This document shows, piece after piece, positions 37,240 to 45,394 of a DNA stretch of 64,000 nt. Source of the stretch: a virus. The notes below the pieces were generated by a model. The model was not told the DNA's origin. It saw only the letters and a list, made by a program, of their open reading frames with translations, and searched no databases. The DNA is taken from the IMG/VR virus record IMGVR_UViG_3300042861_001913. One strand, written 5' to 3'. Position 1 is the stretch's first letter. The number at the start of each line of letters is the position of its first letter. The position numbers and the translations under genes are program-made.

Positions 37240-38868
37240 TTATTTCAATTTACTGCACATAGCACTACATACGACCCGAAAACCGCAGTAGCTGTCACGA
37301 ATGCCGCGCGAATCCCCATTGCGATACGCAGACCGACAGCCCCCAGCATAGGAGTACCAAGAACCGCCCCGCAGTACAACGCGTCCTGTTTTGTCACTTA
37401 GTTTATCATCACTACTAAACCATGCGCTGCCATCTGCTGGTGCATCTGTATAATTATCATGCCAAGGATCTGCACACCATTCCCACACATTTCCGTGCAT
37501 ATCATATAAACCAAAAGGGTTGGCGGGAAATTTTCCAACTTCTGTGGTTTTTTTTCGATATTCTCCTTTTTGTCCCTGCCCGTAAGTGTAGTTACCATTA
37601 TAATTAGCTAAATCTGTAGAAATTGTTTCCCCACAATAAAACGGGGTAGTAGTTCCTCCACGACAAGCATATTCCCATTCGGCTTCAGTAGGTAAACGAT
37701 AGGTTTTATTTGCCATTCGGGAAAGTCTGGCACAAAATTCTTGAGCATCATTCCATGATACACACTCAACAGGCAGATTATCACCTTTAAAACAAGATGG
37801 ATCAGATTCTAAATCAATGTTAACCTTTGGTAAGGCAGCCACGACTCGCCATTGTTGTTGAGTAACTGGATATTTACCCATGAAAAACGGGGGAACAGTA
37901 ACTTGATGTTGTGGACTTTGAGAAGAATGATAACCTTCCTCATTTTCTGGAGAACCCATGATAAAAGTCCCCCCAGGGATAGCCACCATTTCTAGTTGAG
38001 TGTCGTTAGCTAAGTCTTCTAATGCCAAATCTTTTATTTCTTCTAAGTTCATGAATTTTTGTTGTTCTTCACTACTTAAACGATTCCATTTACTGCACAT
38101 AGCACTACACACAACCCGAAAACCAATATTGAGGTAGTAGTAGTCGAGATTGAAGGCGTTGCGATAAGCAGAACGGCAATAGTCAGGATGGTAGTACCAC
38201 GAACCACCGCGCAGCAGCCTTCTGTTACTATCCTTTTTGTTACTTAACCATGCGCTTCCATCTGTTGGCGCACCTTCATAATTATTATGCCAATGGTCTT
38301 GACACCACTCATATACATTGCCGTGCATATCGTATAATCCAAAATTATTGGCTACTCCAAAGCTGCCTACTGCTGTTGTTTCTCCTCTATCAACTCCTTT
38401 AACCCCATCGCCATAAGTGGAATTACCATCATAATTAGCTAAATCCGTTGTTATCGTTTCTCCAAAGTGAAATGGTGTGGTAGTTCCGGCTCGACAGGCA
38501 TATTCCCATTCAGCTTCACTGGGAAGACGGTAGGTTCTACCTGTATATTGTGAAAGGCGATCGCAAAACTCAACCGCATCTTCCCAAGAAACTTGCTCAA
38601 CGGGACGATTATCACCTTTAAATCTAGACGGATCTTGCTCTAAATCACGGTTCACTTGGGGTAACTGTGCCACAAATCGCCATTGTTCTTGGGTGACTTG
38701 ATATTTACCCATAAAAAAGGGTTCTATTGTAACTTCATGTTGTGGACGTTCACTATCCATGCTATTTTCCTCTTCTTTTGGTGAACCCATGATAAAAGTG
38801 CCACCGGGGATTGCAGCCATTTCCAATATCACACCATTTCCTAAATCTTCAACAAAAATGTTTTTCAT
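37240..38868 (-). CDS. tandem FGE-sulfatase (SUMF1/EgtB/PvdO family, C-type-lectin fold) domain protein
   Basis: two copies of the pattern [14 protein letters not shown]...PQHxVT...FFMGKYxVTQxQW...WEYACRxGTTTPF...YDMHGNVxEWCxD...LRGGSWY...CRSAYRN...[12 protein letters not shown]. Confidence 0.85.
   Translation of the reverse strand: MKNIFVEDLGNGVILEMAAIPGGTFIMGSPKEEENSMDSERPQHEVTIEPFFMGKYQVTQEQWRFVAQLPQVNRDLEQDPSRFKGDNRPVEQVSWEDAVEFCDRLSQYTGRTYRLPSEAEWEYACRAGTTTPFHFGETITTDLANYDGNSTYGDGVKGVDRGETTAVGSFGVANNFGLYDMHGNVYEWCQDHWHNNYEGAPTDGSAWLSNKKDSNRRLLRGGSWYYHPDYCRSAYRNAFNLDYYYLNIGFRVVCSAMCSKWNRLSSEEQQKFMNLEEIKDLALEDLANDTQLEMVAIPGGTFIMGSPENEEGYHSSQSPQHQVTVPPFFMGKYPVTQQQWRVVAALPKVNIDLESDPSCFKGDNLPVECVSWNDAQEFCARLSRMANKTYRLPTEAEWEYACRGGTTTPFYCGETISTDLANYNGNYTYGQGQKGEYRKKTTEVGKFPANPFGLYDMHGNVWEWCADPWHDNYTDAPADGSAWFSSDDKLSDKTGRVVLRGGSWYSYAGGCRSAYRNGDSRGIRDSYCGFRVVCSAMCSKLK
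37249..37284 (-). repeat. 36-nt conserved tail repeat, copy 2 (34/36 identical to 38089-38124), just 3' of hypervariable patch 37285-37356
   Basis: TTTACTGCACATAGCACTACATACGACCCGAAAACC versus ...ACACACAACCC...; encodes [12 protein letters not shown]. Confidence 0.85.
38089..38124 (-). repeat. 36-nt conserved tail repeat, copy 1, just 3' of hypervariable patch 38125-38196
   Basis: see 37249-37284. Confidence 0.85.
38557..38564. repeat. HIP1 octamer GCGATCGC (single copy)
   Basis: exact palindrome; HIP1 is the highly iterated palindrome of many cyanobacterial genomes. Confidence 0.6.
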
Positions 38869-38893
38869 GCGTATTTTATTCCTTGTAGACGCT

Positions 38894-39259
38894 TTATTCT
38901 ATCCACTCTAAAAACTCTATTTTCATCTTTACAGATTGCTTGAACAGTCTGTAGTCAAACTTAGATGACAGCATCAGGTTCGATTCATAGGGCTTTATGC
39001 CTTTACACCAACTAACAGATATGTGAGGACATTTGTTAGCGCAGGGAATATGATCAGGAAGTTTGACAGCTACAGCTTGTATTTTGCCGTTCCAAGCTTC
39101 ATATAAAGTTGTGGCTTGGAACTCTAAACCCTCCCACTCTTTCCAGTCTTGGCGGACAACCCCAAACTGGAGTGTTGTATGGTGGGGACTCCCCACGGGG
39201 TAGAGTGGGGAAATTATTAGGGGCGACTGGATTACACCCCACAGGATACCGTTAGTCAT
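38894..39259 (-). CDS. small 2H-phosphoesterase-like protein (LigT/2',5'-PDE-like), tentative
   Basis: two HxT/S motifs: [10 protein letters not shown] and CPHISVSW; unusually short (121 aa). Confidence 0.4.
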   Translation of the reverse strand: MTNGILWGVIQSPLIISPLYPVGSPHHTTLQFGVVRQDWKEWEGLEFQATTLYEAWNGKIQAVAVKLPDHIPCANKCPHISVSWCKGIKPYESNLMLSSKFDYRLFKQSVKMKIEFLEWIE

Positions 39260-39620
39260 CTAAAGAAACTAACGAATAGACAATCTTTGTTTTTATGTCT
39301 TCTGTTTGTTCTGTTAGTGGTAAGTCCACTAACTCGGAATCAAGCAATAAAACTTTAATTCCGAGGTTTGTTAACTTAATTAAAGTCAGTCCGGTAACTG
39401 AAGCAGCGATAATTTGATCGCCTTTGTTTAAGGCTATCTCAGTCGTGTTAACTACATCTTTGTCATCGAAACAATATTCTATCTCTTCGACAATTAAATA
39501 ATTTCCATTTTCTTCCAAATAAAAGTCAAAAGTATTGCCTCGACTTTCTCGCTCGTAGCTATAGTCGGGATTAATCCCGAAAAGTTCGTTAAACTCTTGT
39601 GAAATAAAAGAATAAATCAT
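39252..39620 (-). CDS. hypothetical protein (122 aa), GC-richer island
   Basis: ORF track. Confidence 0.55.
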   Translation of the reverse strand: MIYSFISQEFNELFGINPDYSYERESRGNTFDFYLEENGNYLIVEEIEYCFDDKDVVNTTEIALNKGDQIIAASVTGLTLIKLTNLGIKVLLLDSELVDLPLTEQTEDIKTKIVYSLVSLDD

Positions 39621-39712
39621 TGCTTACTCCTAAGTGGGTGTGTGTAAAGTGACTTCCCACGACTACCAGGTGGTAGTTTCGGACGGTAGCCAGCCGTCCA
39701 TCATCAGGTGGG

Positions 39713-40036
39713 TTAAACGGTAATAAAAGGTTGCCAACCTGGTTTTACTCGACGGCTTTCTAACCATTTCTCTTCTTCCAGTTCTTTTTCCAGATCAGCG
39801 CGGGTAATAGCCGCTTCTCCTTCCACTCCTTCCATCAGGAAAGTGTCGCCTAATGGGGCGCGTTCAATTGCAGTCAATGGTGTTAGCCACTCATGATCGT
39901 CAGGTATTTCTTTAATTTCCCCAGCAAATTTAATATCAGGGGACTTGGAATAACCAACCAAGTCCCCTTGGTTTGTTGTGTAAGCGTATTCAACCAGGTT
40001 ATAGCAATAACCATCTACTATCATTGTTGTTTGCAT
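39713..40036 (-). CDS. hypothetical protein (107 aa), GC-richer island
   Basis: ORF track; RBS AAGGAAGGAAACA before the ATG. Confidence 0.55.
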   Translation of the reverse strand: MQTTMIVDGYCYNLVEYAYTTNQGDLVGYSKSPDIKFAGEIKEIPDDHEWLTPLTAIERAPLGDTFLMEGVEGEAAITRADLEKELEEEKWLESRRVKPGWQPFITV

Positions 40037-40076
40037 TGTTTCCTTCCTTTGTTTGATGTTTATCTGACTAATTAGC

Positions 40077-40117
40077 CAGCAACATCTATCAAGTCTCGCA
40101 TTTGATAGATGTTGCTG
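40077..40117 (-). repeat. CAGCAA-clamped hairpin cassette U1 (16-bp stem)
   Basis: CAGCAACATCTATCAA 40077-92 pairs with TTGATAGATGTTGCTG 40102-17; flanked by CTGAATAACTA and ATGTTTATCTGA, both shared with U2. Confidence 0.7.
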
Positions 40118-40122
40118 AATAA

Positions 40123-40341
40123 CTAATGATAGTAATGTAGTTTTACTGCACCATAGAACTTATCATCTTCATAGTGATCTAATGCTGTTATAACAGGTAT
40201 ATCAACCTTAGATACTACAAAGGTATTAATAACTGTAGTAATTATGAAGTAGTTACTACGTCTAACTACCATTACTATGTTAGATGTATCTATCGCTAGA
40301 ACACTTCCTTTTAAAATTGTGTATCCACCCACTGTCATCAT
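40123..40341 (-). CDS. hypothetical protein (72 aa), AT-rich ORF between two hairpin cassettes
   Basis: ORF track. Confidence 0.45.
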   Translation of the reverse strand: MMTVGGYTILKGSVLAIDTSNIVMVVRRSNYFIITTVINTFVVSKVDIPVITALDHYEDDKFYGAVKLHYYH

Positions 40342-40368
40342 TGTTGTTTCCCTCTTCAGTATTTACAA

Positions 40369-40406
40369 CAGCAGTTTAATGACGTGCTTAGGTCGTTTAA
40401 GTGCTG
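40369..40406 (-). repeat. CAGCA-clamped hairpin cassette U0
   Basis: CAGCA 40369-73 / TGCTG 40402-06 with an imperfect inner stem; just after the stop of 40417..40800. Confidence 0.5.
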
Positions 40407-40416
40407 AACAGAATGA

Positions 40417-40800
40417 TTAGTGTTGTTTTGTGATTTCGGTCGGCATTATATCCTCAGATGGGGAGTTTTGGACTCGTGTCTTTTTTTCTTTCAGTTTTTC
40501 TACGTCCTTTTGTAAAAGTCGGTAGAGATTTTCTAAGGTGTTTTCTGGTTTAGTTCTAGGGACTCTACCAATTTCCCTTTCCCGTTCTTCTAAAAAGACT
40601 GCATTTCTAACTTTTTCATAGTCAAGATACCATTGACGGATAGCTTCTGCAACTACTTCAGGAGGTTCAGTTTCTATACCAGCGATAGTTTTTTGTAATT
40701 CTGTGATAGCATCTAAAGAAACGTCCGAAAAAACATAATCTTGGTTTCTCACGACTTCGGTAAATGCTTGGATAATTTGATTAGATTCTATTGGAGTCAT
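40417..40800 (-). CDS. hypothetical protein (127 aa), GC-richer, cyanobacterium-like composition
   Basis: ORF track. Confidence 0.55.
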   Translation of the reverse strand: MTPIESNQIIQAFTEVVRNQDYVFSDVSLDAITELQKTIAGIETEPPEVVAEAIRQWYLDYEKVRNAVFLEEREREIGRVPRTKPENTLENLYRLLQKDVEKLKEKKTRVQNSPSEDIMPTEITKQH

Positions 40801-40811
40801 GTTTATCTCTC

Positions 40812-40821
40812 TTTTTCTTAC
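40812..40821 (-). repeat. iterated 10-mer GTAAGAAAAA copy (intergenic)
   Basis: plus strand TTTTTCTTAC; 11 nt upstream of ATG 40800 in gene direction. Confidence 0.9.
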
Positions 40822-40852
40822 TTGATGAAAGTTCTGATAGTGTATTAACTAC

Positions 40853-40902
40853 CAGCAACAGGTAACTAATGTAGAGTTAACTACGTTGATTACCTGTAAC
40901 TG
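40853..40902 (-). repeat. CAGCAA-clamped hairpin cassette U3
   Basis: CAGCAACAGGTAA ... TTACCTGTAACTG; same clamp with C.A/A.A mismatch as U2, different inner stem. Confidence 0.65.
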
Positions 40903-40928
40903 AATGTTTATCTGATTAAGTAATTAAC

Positions 40929-40968
40929 CAGCAAAGTAAGACTAACTTGCGCTAATCTTACTTAACTG
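40929..40968 (-). repeat. CAGCAA-clamped hairpin cassette U2
   Basis: CAGCAAAGTAAGA ... TCTTACTTAACTG; followed by CTGAATAACTA as in U1. Confidence 0.65.
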
Positions 40969-40973
40969 AATAA

Positions 40974-41177
40974 CTAGTTAACCACGATGGCGAACCATGC
41001 TTTAACTAATGTACCGATAGCGTAACTAAACATTGCAATGAATGTGAAGTACCAGTTAGAACTCTGTCTTGTAACTAGCGTATACTTATATCCAGCATAA
41101 TAAGCTAAGATAATGCACGCTAACTGAACTACTGTTGGAGTAGAGTCGGTTTTAATAAAGCTGATTAAGTCGTTCAT
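40974..41177 (-). CDS. small membrane protein, 2 TM (67 aa)
   Basis: VVQLACIILAYYAGY and WYFTFIAMFSYAIGTLV hydrophobic segments. Confidence 0.5.
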   Translation of the reverse strand: MNDLISFIKTDSTPTVVQLACIILAYYAGYKYTLVTRQSSNWYFTFIAMFSYAIGTLVKAWFAIVVN

Positions 41178-41204
41178 AAGTTCCTTAAGTTAGAATAAGT
41201 TGAG

Positions 41205-41585
41205 TTAAATTTCGTTGTTATGAAATGGTTTAATGTTAGCTAAATAGTTAACTAAACTACTTCTAATATCACCAGTTAACTTCCAGGTTTCATCATGAGT
41301 TATGTCAGATGTACCATTCCATTTGCATATATTGAAGTAGTCATTCTCTAATTGAATGAGAAACTTAGTAGTACCATAATTAAATGTTGCTTGAACGTTC
41401 TCAATGTCAACAAATACTAGACATTTATAACGGGATTTAATTGTTAAGTCCATAGACTCAACTAAGTCTATTCCTAACAACTTAACTAATTGCTCTATAA
41501 ACAAAGTTCGAGATTGAGCTAAATATTCCGATTGTTTTAACTCAAGTGCAGCACGTTTATATTGTACTAACTCTTGTAATGTCAT
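41205..41585 (-). CDS. hypothetical protein (126 aa)
   Basis: ORF track. Confidence 0.55.
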   Translation of the reverse strand: MTLQELVQYKRAALELKQSEYLAQSRTLFIEQLVKLLGIDLVESMDLTIKSRYKCLVFVDIENVQATFNYGTTKFLIQLENDYFNICKWNGTSDITHDETWKLTGDIRSSLVNYLANIKPFHNNEI

Positions 41586-41675
41586 GAGATTAATGTCCTG
41601 TAATTAATTGGATGTTTAACTAGACATTATTATCTTTAACGTCTTAATAAATCAAAAGACGTGAAAAAAATTCCC

Positions 41676-41690
41676 GTAAGAAAAAAAAAA
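41676..41690 (+). repeat. iterated motif copy with extended tract GTAAG-A10 (intergenic)
   Basis: exact; next to hairpin ACGTCTT 41639-45 / AAGACGT 41656-62. Confidence 0.9.
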
Positions 41691-41714
41691 GATAATCCAT
41701 TACAACTACGCAAC

Positions 41715-41740
41715 AAAAAAACCACCTTGTTAGGGGCGGC
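41715..41740 (-). terminator. weak rho-independent terminator after 41774..43696
   Basis: leftward transcript CCGCC-CCTAACAA-GGUGG (one G.U pair) followed by U7. Confidence 0.4.
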
Positions 41741-41773
41741 TCTAGTTACTGGTATCATGAGTAGTTCGGCGGT

Positions 41774-43696
41774 TCACTTGATCTTATAGGTGATAAGACC
41801 TTTACCAGTTCCCTGTTCAATGTGTGAATTACCTTTATCAGTTTGATAACTTCTAACTTTATAAACTAACTTATTAAATTCTGTTATACGCTTGTTGTAA
41901 TCGGCGTTATCAGTGTACATAAGGTTATCATTGATAGTTAACTTGTGTTTAGTATCAACTAGCTGTTTTCTGTCCATTGATAACTTAATAACTAAGTATT
42001 CAAGTATATTAACAGCTAGTGAGTTGAGTTGGTTATCTGGTAATTCTACTTGATGACTTCTAATCAATGCTTTATATGTAGTTGTCATTGTCCTTATAAA
42101 GTCGCGTGTTCTCTTATCAGCTAAGTTAGTATCCTGTTGATAAGTTGCATTTTGTATTTTAGTTTCTAACTCGCGTACATTAGCCTTAATCATTTTAAGG
42201 CGTGCACTATCGAATATTTTAGATAACCATTTATGGTTATCATTATTTTTGACGTGCTTAACCTTACCTGATACGATAATAATGGGATCATAATTGCCCG
42301 TTACTGTCACGGATTGTCCTATACTTTTTTTCTTACATAACTCACGTTTTCCTACACTTAACTGATCATGAGTCAATGATAGTCCAGCGTACTTGTCATA
42401 CTCACTAGCTGTAATCTTACCTGACTTATTAAGCATATCCGCCAGATACTCGTAGCGGGGCATTGATGCAACCCATTTAATATCGTTAATTGTGATTAGT
42501 TCCACTGTACCAAGATCGGCGATCTTAGTACGTTGCTGATACATAGTAGCGTTATCTAATTGACTGTTATGTTTACCTATGAGTTGTTTAGTGCCGTGGT
42601 CAACTTTACGAGTAAATGAGTCAGATAACTTATACAGCACTAGCCTATCGTTTTCTAACGCTACTTGTAATAAATGTTCATTATTAGCGTCTACCTGATA
42701 CATCCAATCATTAGGAAATAGTTCCCACTTGAATGGTAATGACCAATTAGCTAGTAGTCCAGTTTTGAACTTATTAACGTAGTTTTGTACTGGTCTATCT
42801 ACTTTATTCTCACTAGGTAATACTTGTAATGAAGAGATTACAAATTTACCATTTACCTTAATTTGATGTACATAAGGACAAAAAGTTATATCGGTTAGAG
42901 TAACTTTATTTGGATCACTTGAGTTTAATGATTCATTGACGATAGGTAAACGATCATATAAGTTCCAGAAAATCAATTTTTCTGGAGTAAAGTCGTTAGC
43001 TTGTTTATTTTCGATTTTACTTGATGGACTAATCAAGTTAATAGCAAACTCAGTTCCCTTACGATTCATCTCTCTGTTCTTAGATGCTTTAGATAGTAGT
43101 CTTCTGTACCATCTAGGGGGCGATACTTGTTTAGTATCATCTACTAATTCTTGTCTCTCTTTACCATTGTGAATACGCACTATCTTATTACCGTTTTTAG
43201 TACCATAGATATATTCCCACTTTTGTTCCATAGTTATCTCTATGATATTGACATCATATAAACTAGGTATATCTGAGTTGAGTAAACGACTAGGATCGTT
43301 ATCTCTAAAATACTTAACAGCATCTTGCACATAGTTGTAAGATGATAACTTTACTTGGATATTGTCAGCGTCAACATGAGCATTGTTAAGCCAGACCATA
43401 CATTTAGATATGGCGGTTGTAGCACAACTTGTTAACCGTGTTATCTGTGGTTTAATAACGTCATTAGTCGTAACTTGTTTAACTTGAGTATCTACAACTG
43501 GAGTAACTTCATCAAATAGTGAAAATATATCACTTAAATCATCTAGAGTTAAATCATTAACCTTACTAACGTTAACTTGATTTAAATCATAATCCTCAAG
43601 TGTTTTTACAAGTTCCATAGTTTTCATGTTAGCTCTAATACCGCGTTGTTTAGCTAATTTCTGTAATTGATTGTATGGTAATTCGTTGTAATTCAT
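41774..43696 (-). CDS. large hypothetical protein (640 aa) with N-terminal SAP-like helix-extended-helix
   Basis: YNQLQKLAKQRGIRANMKTMELVKTLEDY resembles SAP / Rho-N DNA/RNA-binding motifs. Confidence 0.6.
   Translation of the reverse strand: MNYNELPYNQLQKLAKQRGIRANMKTMELVKTLEDYDLNQVNVSKVNDLTLDDLSDIFSLFDEVTPVVDTQVKQVTTNDVIKPQITRLTSCATTAISKCMVWLNNAHVDADNIQVKLSSYNYVQDAVKYFRDNDPSRLLNSDIPSLYDVNIIEITMEQKWEYIYGTKNGNKIVRIHNGKERQELVDDTKQVSPPRWYRRLLSKASKNREMNRKGTEFAINLISPSSKIENKQANDFTPEKLIFWNLYDRLPIVNESLNSSDPNKVTLTDITFCPYVHQIKVNGKFVISSLQVLPSENKVDRPVQNYVNKFKTGLLANWSLPFKWELFPNDWMYQVDANNEHLLQVALENDRLVLYKLSDSFTRKVDHGTKQLIGKHNSQLDNATMYQQRTKIADLGTVELITINDIKWVASMPRYEYLADMLNKSGKITASEYDKYAGLSLTHDQLSVGKRELCKKKSIGQSVTVTGNYDPIIIVSGKVKHVKNNDNHKWLSKIFDSARLKMIKANVRELETKIQNATYQQDTNLADKRTRDFIRTMTTTYKALIRSHQVELPDNQLNSLAVNILEYLVIKLSMDRKQLVDTKHKLTINDNLMYTDNADYNKRITEFNKLVYKVRSYQTDKGNSHIEQGTGKGLITYKIK
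42325..42336 (-). repeat. iterated motif GTAAGAAAAAAA copy
   Basis: plus strand TTTTTTTCTTAC; sense in 41774..43696 (CKKK). Confidence 0.9.
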
Positions 43697-43760
43697 GATT
43701 CTAATTAACTCTTAGAGTTAACATAAGGTGAGTAATGTTAGTTAGTATTAACTAACAACA

Positions 43761-43793
43761 ATGGCTACTAAATCGTAATAACTTAGTAGCCAT
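43761..43793 (-). terminator. 11-bp perfect hairpin ATGGCTACTAA/TTAGTAGCCAT after a gene end
   Basis: starts 6 nt after the stop of 43799..44689. Confidence 0.45.
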
Positions 43794-43798
43794 AATTG

Positions 43799-44689
43799 TT
43801 ATTTAATTGATTCAAACTTAACTTTCAATTCATCGAGTGTTAATGATTCAAGTGTATCGCGTTTAATGGTTTTATCTTTCTCAGCAATATTAGCTATGTA
43901 ACTGATACGTTCGCTTTCATAAGCTTGTCTAGCTTCATTGTCTTTTAGTTTCTTATCAGCATAACCTGATAGTTTAGCTATCTCTGAACCATTAGACACA
44001 ACTCCTATAACTCTTTTAGCTGTATTACTAGCGTTAATAAAGCATTGTAAAGCAGTTTCTAATGGTATAGGATTGAATTTGTATTTTTCTAGATTACCTG
44101 CACCTTCATAAGGTTTATCTGATAACTCAGATACAGCTAACAACTCAACAAGTAGTAATACACTGTCATCATAAGCAGTTACCACTCTTAATTTGTTCTT
44201 ATCATCTATAGCAGTCTTTAAGAACTCAAAATCACCACTATCAATAGCACTGATAAAGATATCTGCAAGATCCGCCCTGTTTTTAATTTCTGGATAATTT
44301 ACTAATTCACCGTCAGTAGGGAATAGAGAGTTAGAAAATATTTCTACTGACAATTCCCACTGCTTTGAAAAGTGCCACACTTTACACGGTACAAATTCTT
44401 CACATAACTGTTTAGCAAACTTACCATCGCTGTTCTTAGTACCGCTATCTGCTTTAATCCAGTTTGATACTAGGATACTGAATCTAAGGATATCGTTATC
44501 CTTATTACATTCTGTTTCAAACTTGACTGTCAAACTAATAGGTTTTTTGGTAACAAGATTAGTAGTTTTATCAACGCCGGTATGTTGATATGCCCCGAAA
44601 GACATACTTAACGGATTACGATTACTGTTGATCTTGCTGCGTTCAATTGCGCTGAGTGAGTTAAGTTGAACAGTTGTTAAGCTAGTCAT
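43799..44689 (-). CDS. hypothetical protein (296 aa)
   Basis: ORF track. Confidence 0.6.
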   Translation of the reverse strand: MTSLTTVQLNSLSAIERSKINSNRNPLSMSFGAYQHTGVDKTTNLVTKKPISLTVKFETECNKDNDILRFSILVSNWIKADSGTKNSDGKFAKQLCEEFVPCKVWHFSKQWELSVEIFSNSLFPTDGELVNYPEIKNRADLADIFISAIDSGDFEFLKTAIDDKNKLRVVTAYDDSVLLLVELLAVSELSDKPYEGAGNLEKYKFNPIPLETALQCFINASNTAKRVIGVVSNGSEIAKLSGYADKKLKDNEARQAYESERISYIANIAEKDKTIKRDTLESLTLDELKVKFESIK

Positions 44690-44743
44690 GATTCTTAATT
44701 CCTTTAAATTGTGTATCTGTAGTTAAACTCTTATTAACTAACA

Positions 44744-44779
44744 GTTACTACCATCTAAACTAATCTAGATGATAGTAAC
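44744..44779 (-). terminator. 14-bp (13/14) hairpin GTTACTACCATCTA/TAGATGATAGTAAC after a small ORF
   Basis: between 44793..44966 and 43799..44689. Confidence 0.4.
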
Positions 44780-44792
44780 TGGTATTTAATAA

Positions 44793-44966
44793 CTAAAGAC
44801 TTATCCATTGATTAGGTTTTAATTGAATAAATACCTCAATTAGAATTGTTTTTTGATCTTCATTAATTAAATCTAAGAAAATAAAGTTTTTCTTAACGCC
44901 TTTATTTTCATTAGTTATTACTAAATCAAAACTACCATCAATACAATTAACAATTGTAGTATTCAT
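44793..44966 (-). CDS. small hypothetical protein (57 aa, MNTTIVNCIDGSFD...)
   Basis: hand-translated ATG-to-TAG ORF. Confidence 0.4.
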   Translation of the reverse strand: MNTTIVNCIDGSFDLVITNENKGVKKNFIFLDLINEDQKTILIEVFIQLKPNQWISL

Positions 44967-45073
44967 TGTTCAAGTTCCCTATTAATTAAAGGTTTATCGA
45001 TCAGTTAGTAGTAATTAACTAACTGTAAAGTTAATCAAGTTAGATATTTGATTAACTTAACAGATCGTTAATT

Positions 45074-45292
45074 TTATCTGACACTATCCTCAATAGCCTC
45101 GATAAGTCTATTAACAAAAGATTGCTCCCAACCTGATTTATCTCTTTTTTTGCGATAAGCAAAATCAGTGTCAGAAATCAGTTGAGTTAAGTCGATCTTG
45201 CAGTTCACTGCAAGGCTTTCGAGTCTAAACAAATCTAATTCGTTTAGCGCATCGAAGTCATACTCGACTTCATTTATACAGTATATGTTCAT
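45074..45292 (-). CDS. hypothetical protein (72 aa), first gene of the leftward array
   Basis: ORF track. Confidence 0.5.
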   Translation of the reverse strand: MNIYCINEVEYDFDALNELDLFRLESLAVNCKIDLTQLISDTDFAYRKKRDKSGWEQSFVNRLIEAIEDSVR

Positions 45293-45356
45293 TAAATTAT
45301 CTCCTATTAAGGTAAATTAACGGCAGTAACTATTATGTTACTAACTCGCGTTAGTT

Positions 45357-45379
45357 GTTCTATATCTTAGATATAGAAC
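45357..45379. promoter_or_regulatory. perfect 23-bp palindrome GTTCTATATCT-T-AGATATAGAAC (operator-like)
   Basis: in the divergent intergenic region between the leftward and rightward modules. Confidence 0.55.
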
Positions 45380-45394
45380 TGATAGATTGTCAAT

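Noticed and set aside
36790-38868. A complete diversity-generating retroelement
   Set aside because: Only VR-like patches in the target gene are visible. I found no reverse transcriptase, avd or template repeat matching the patches on either strand of this window. It is reported only as a possible orphan or remote target.
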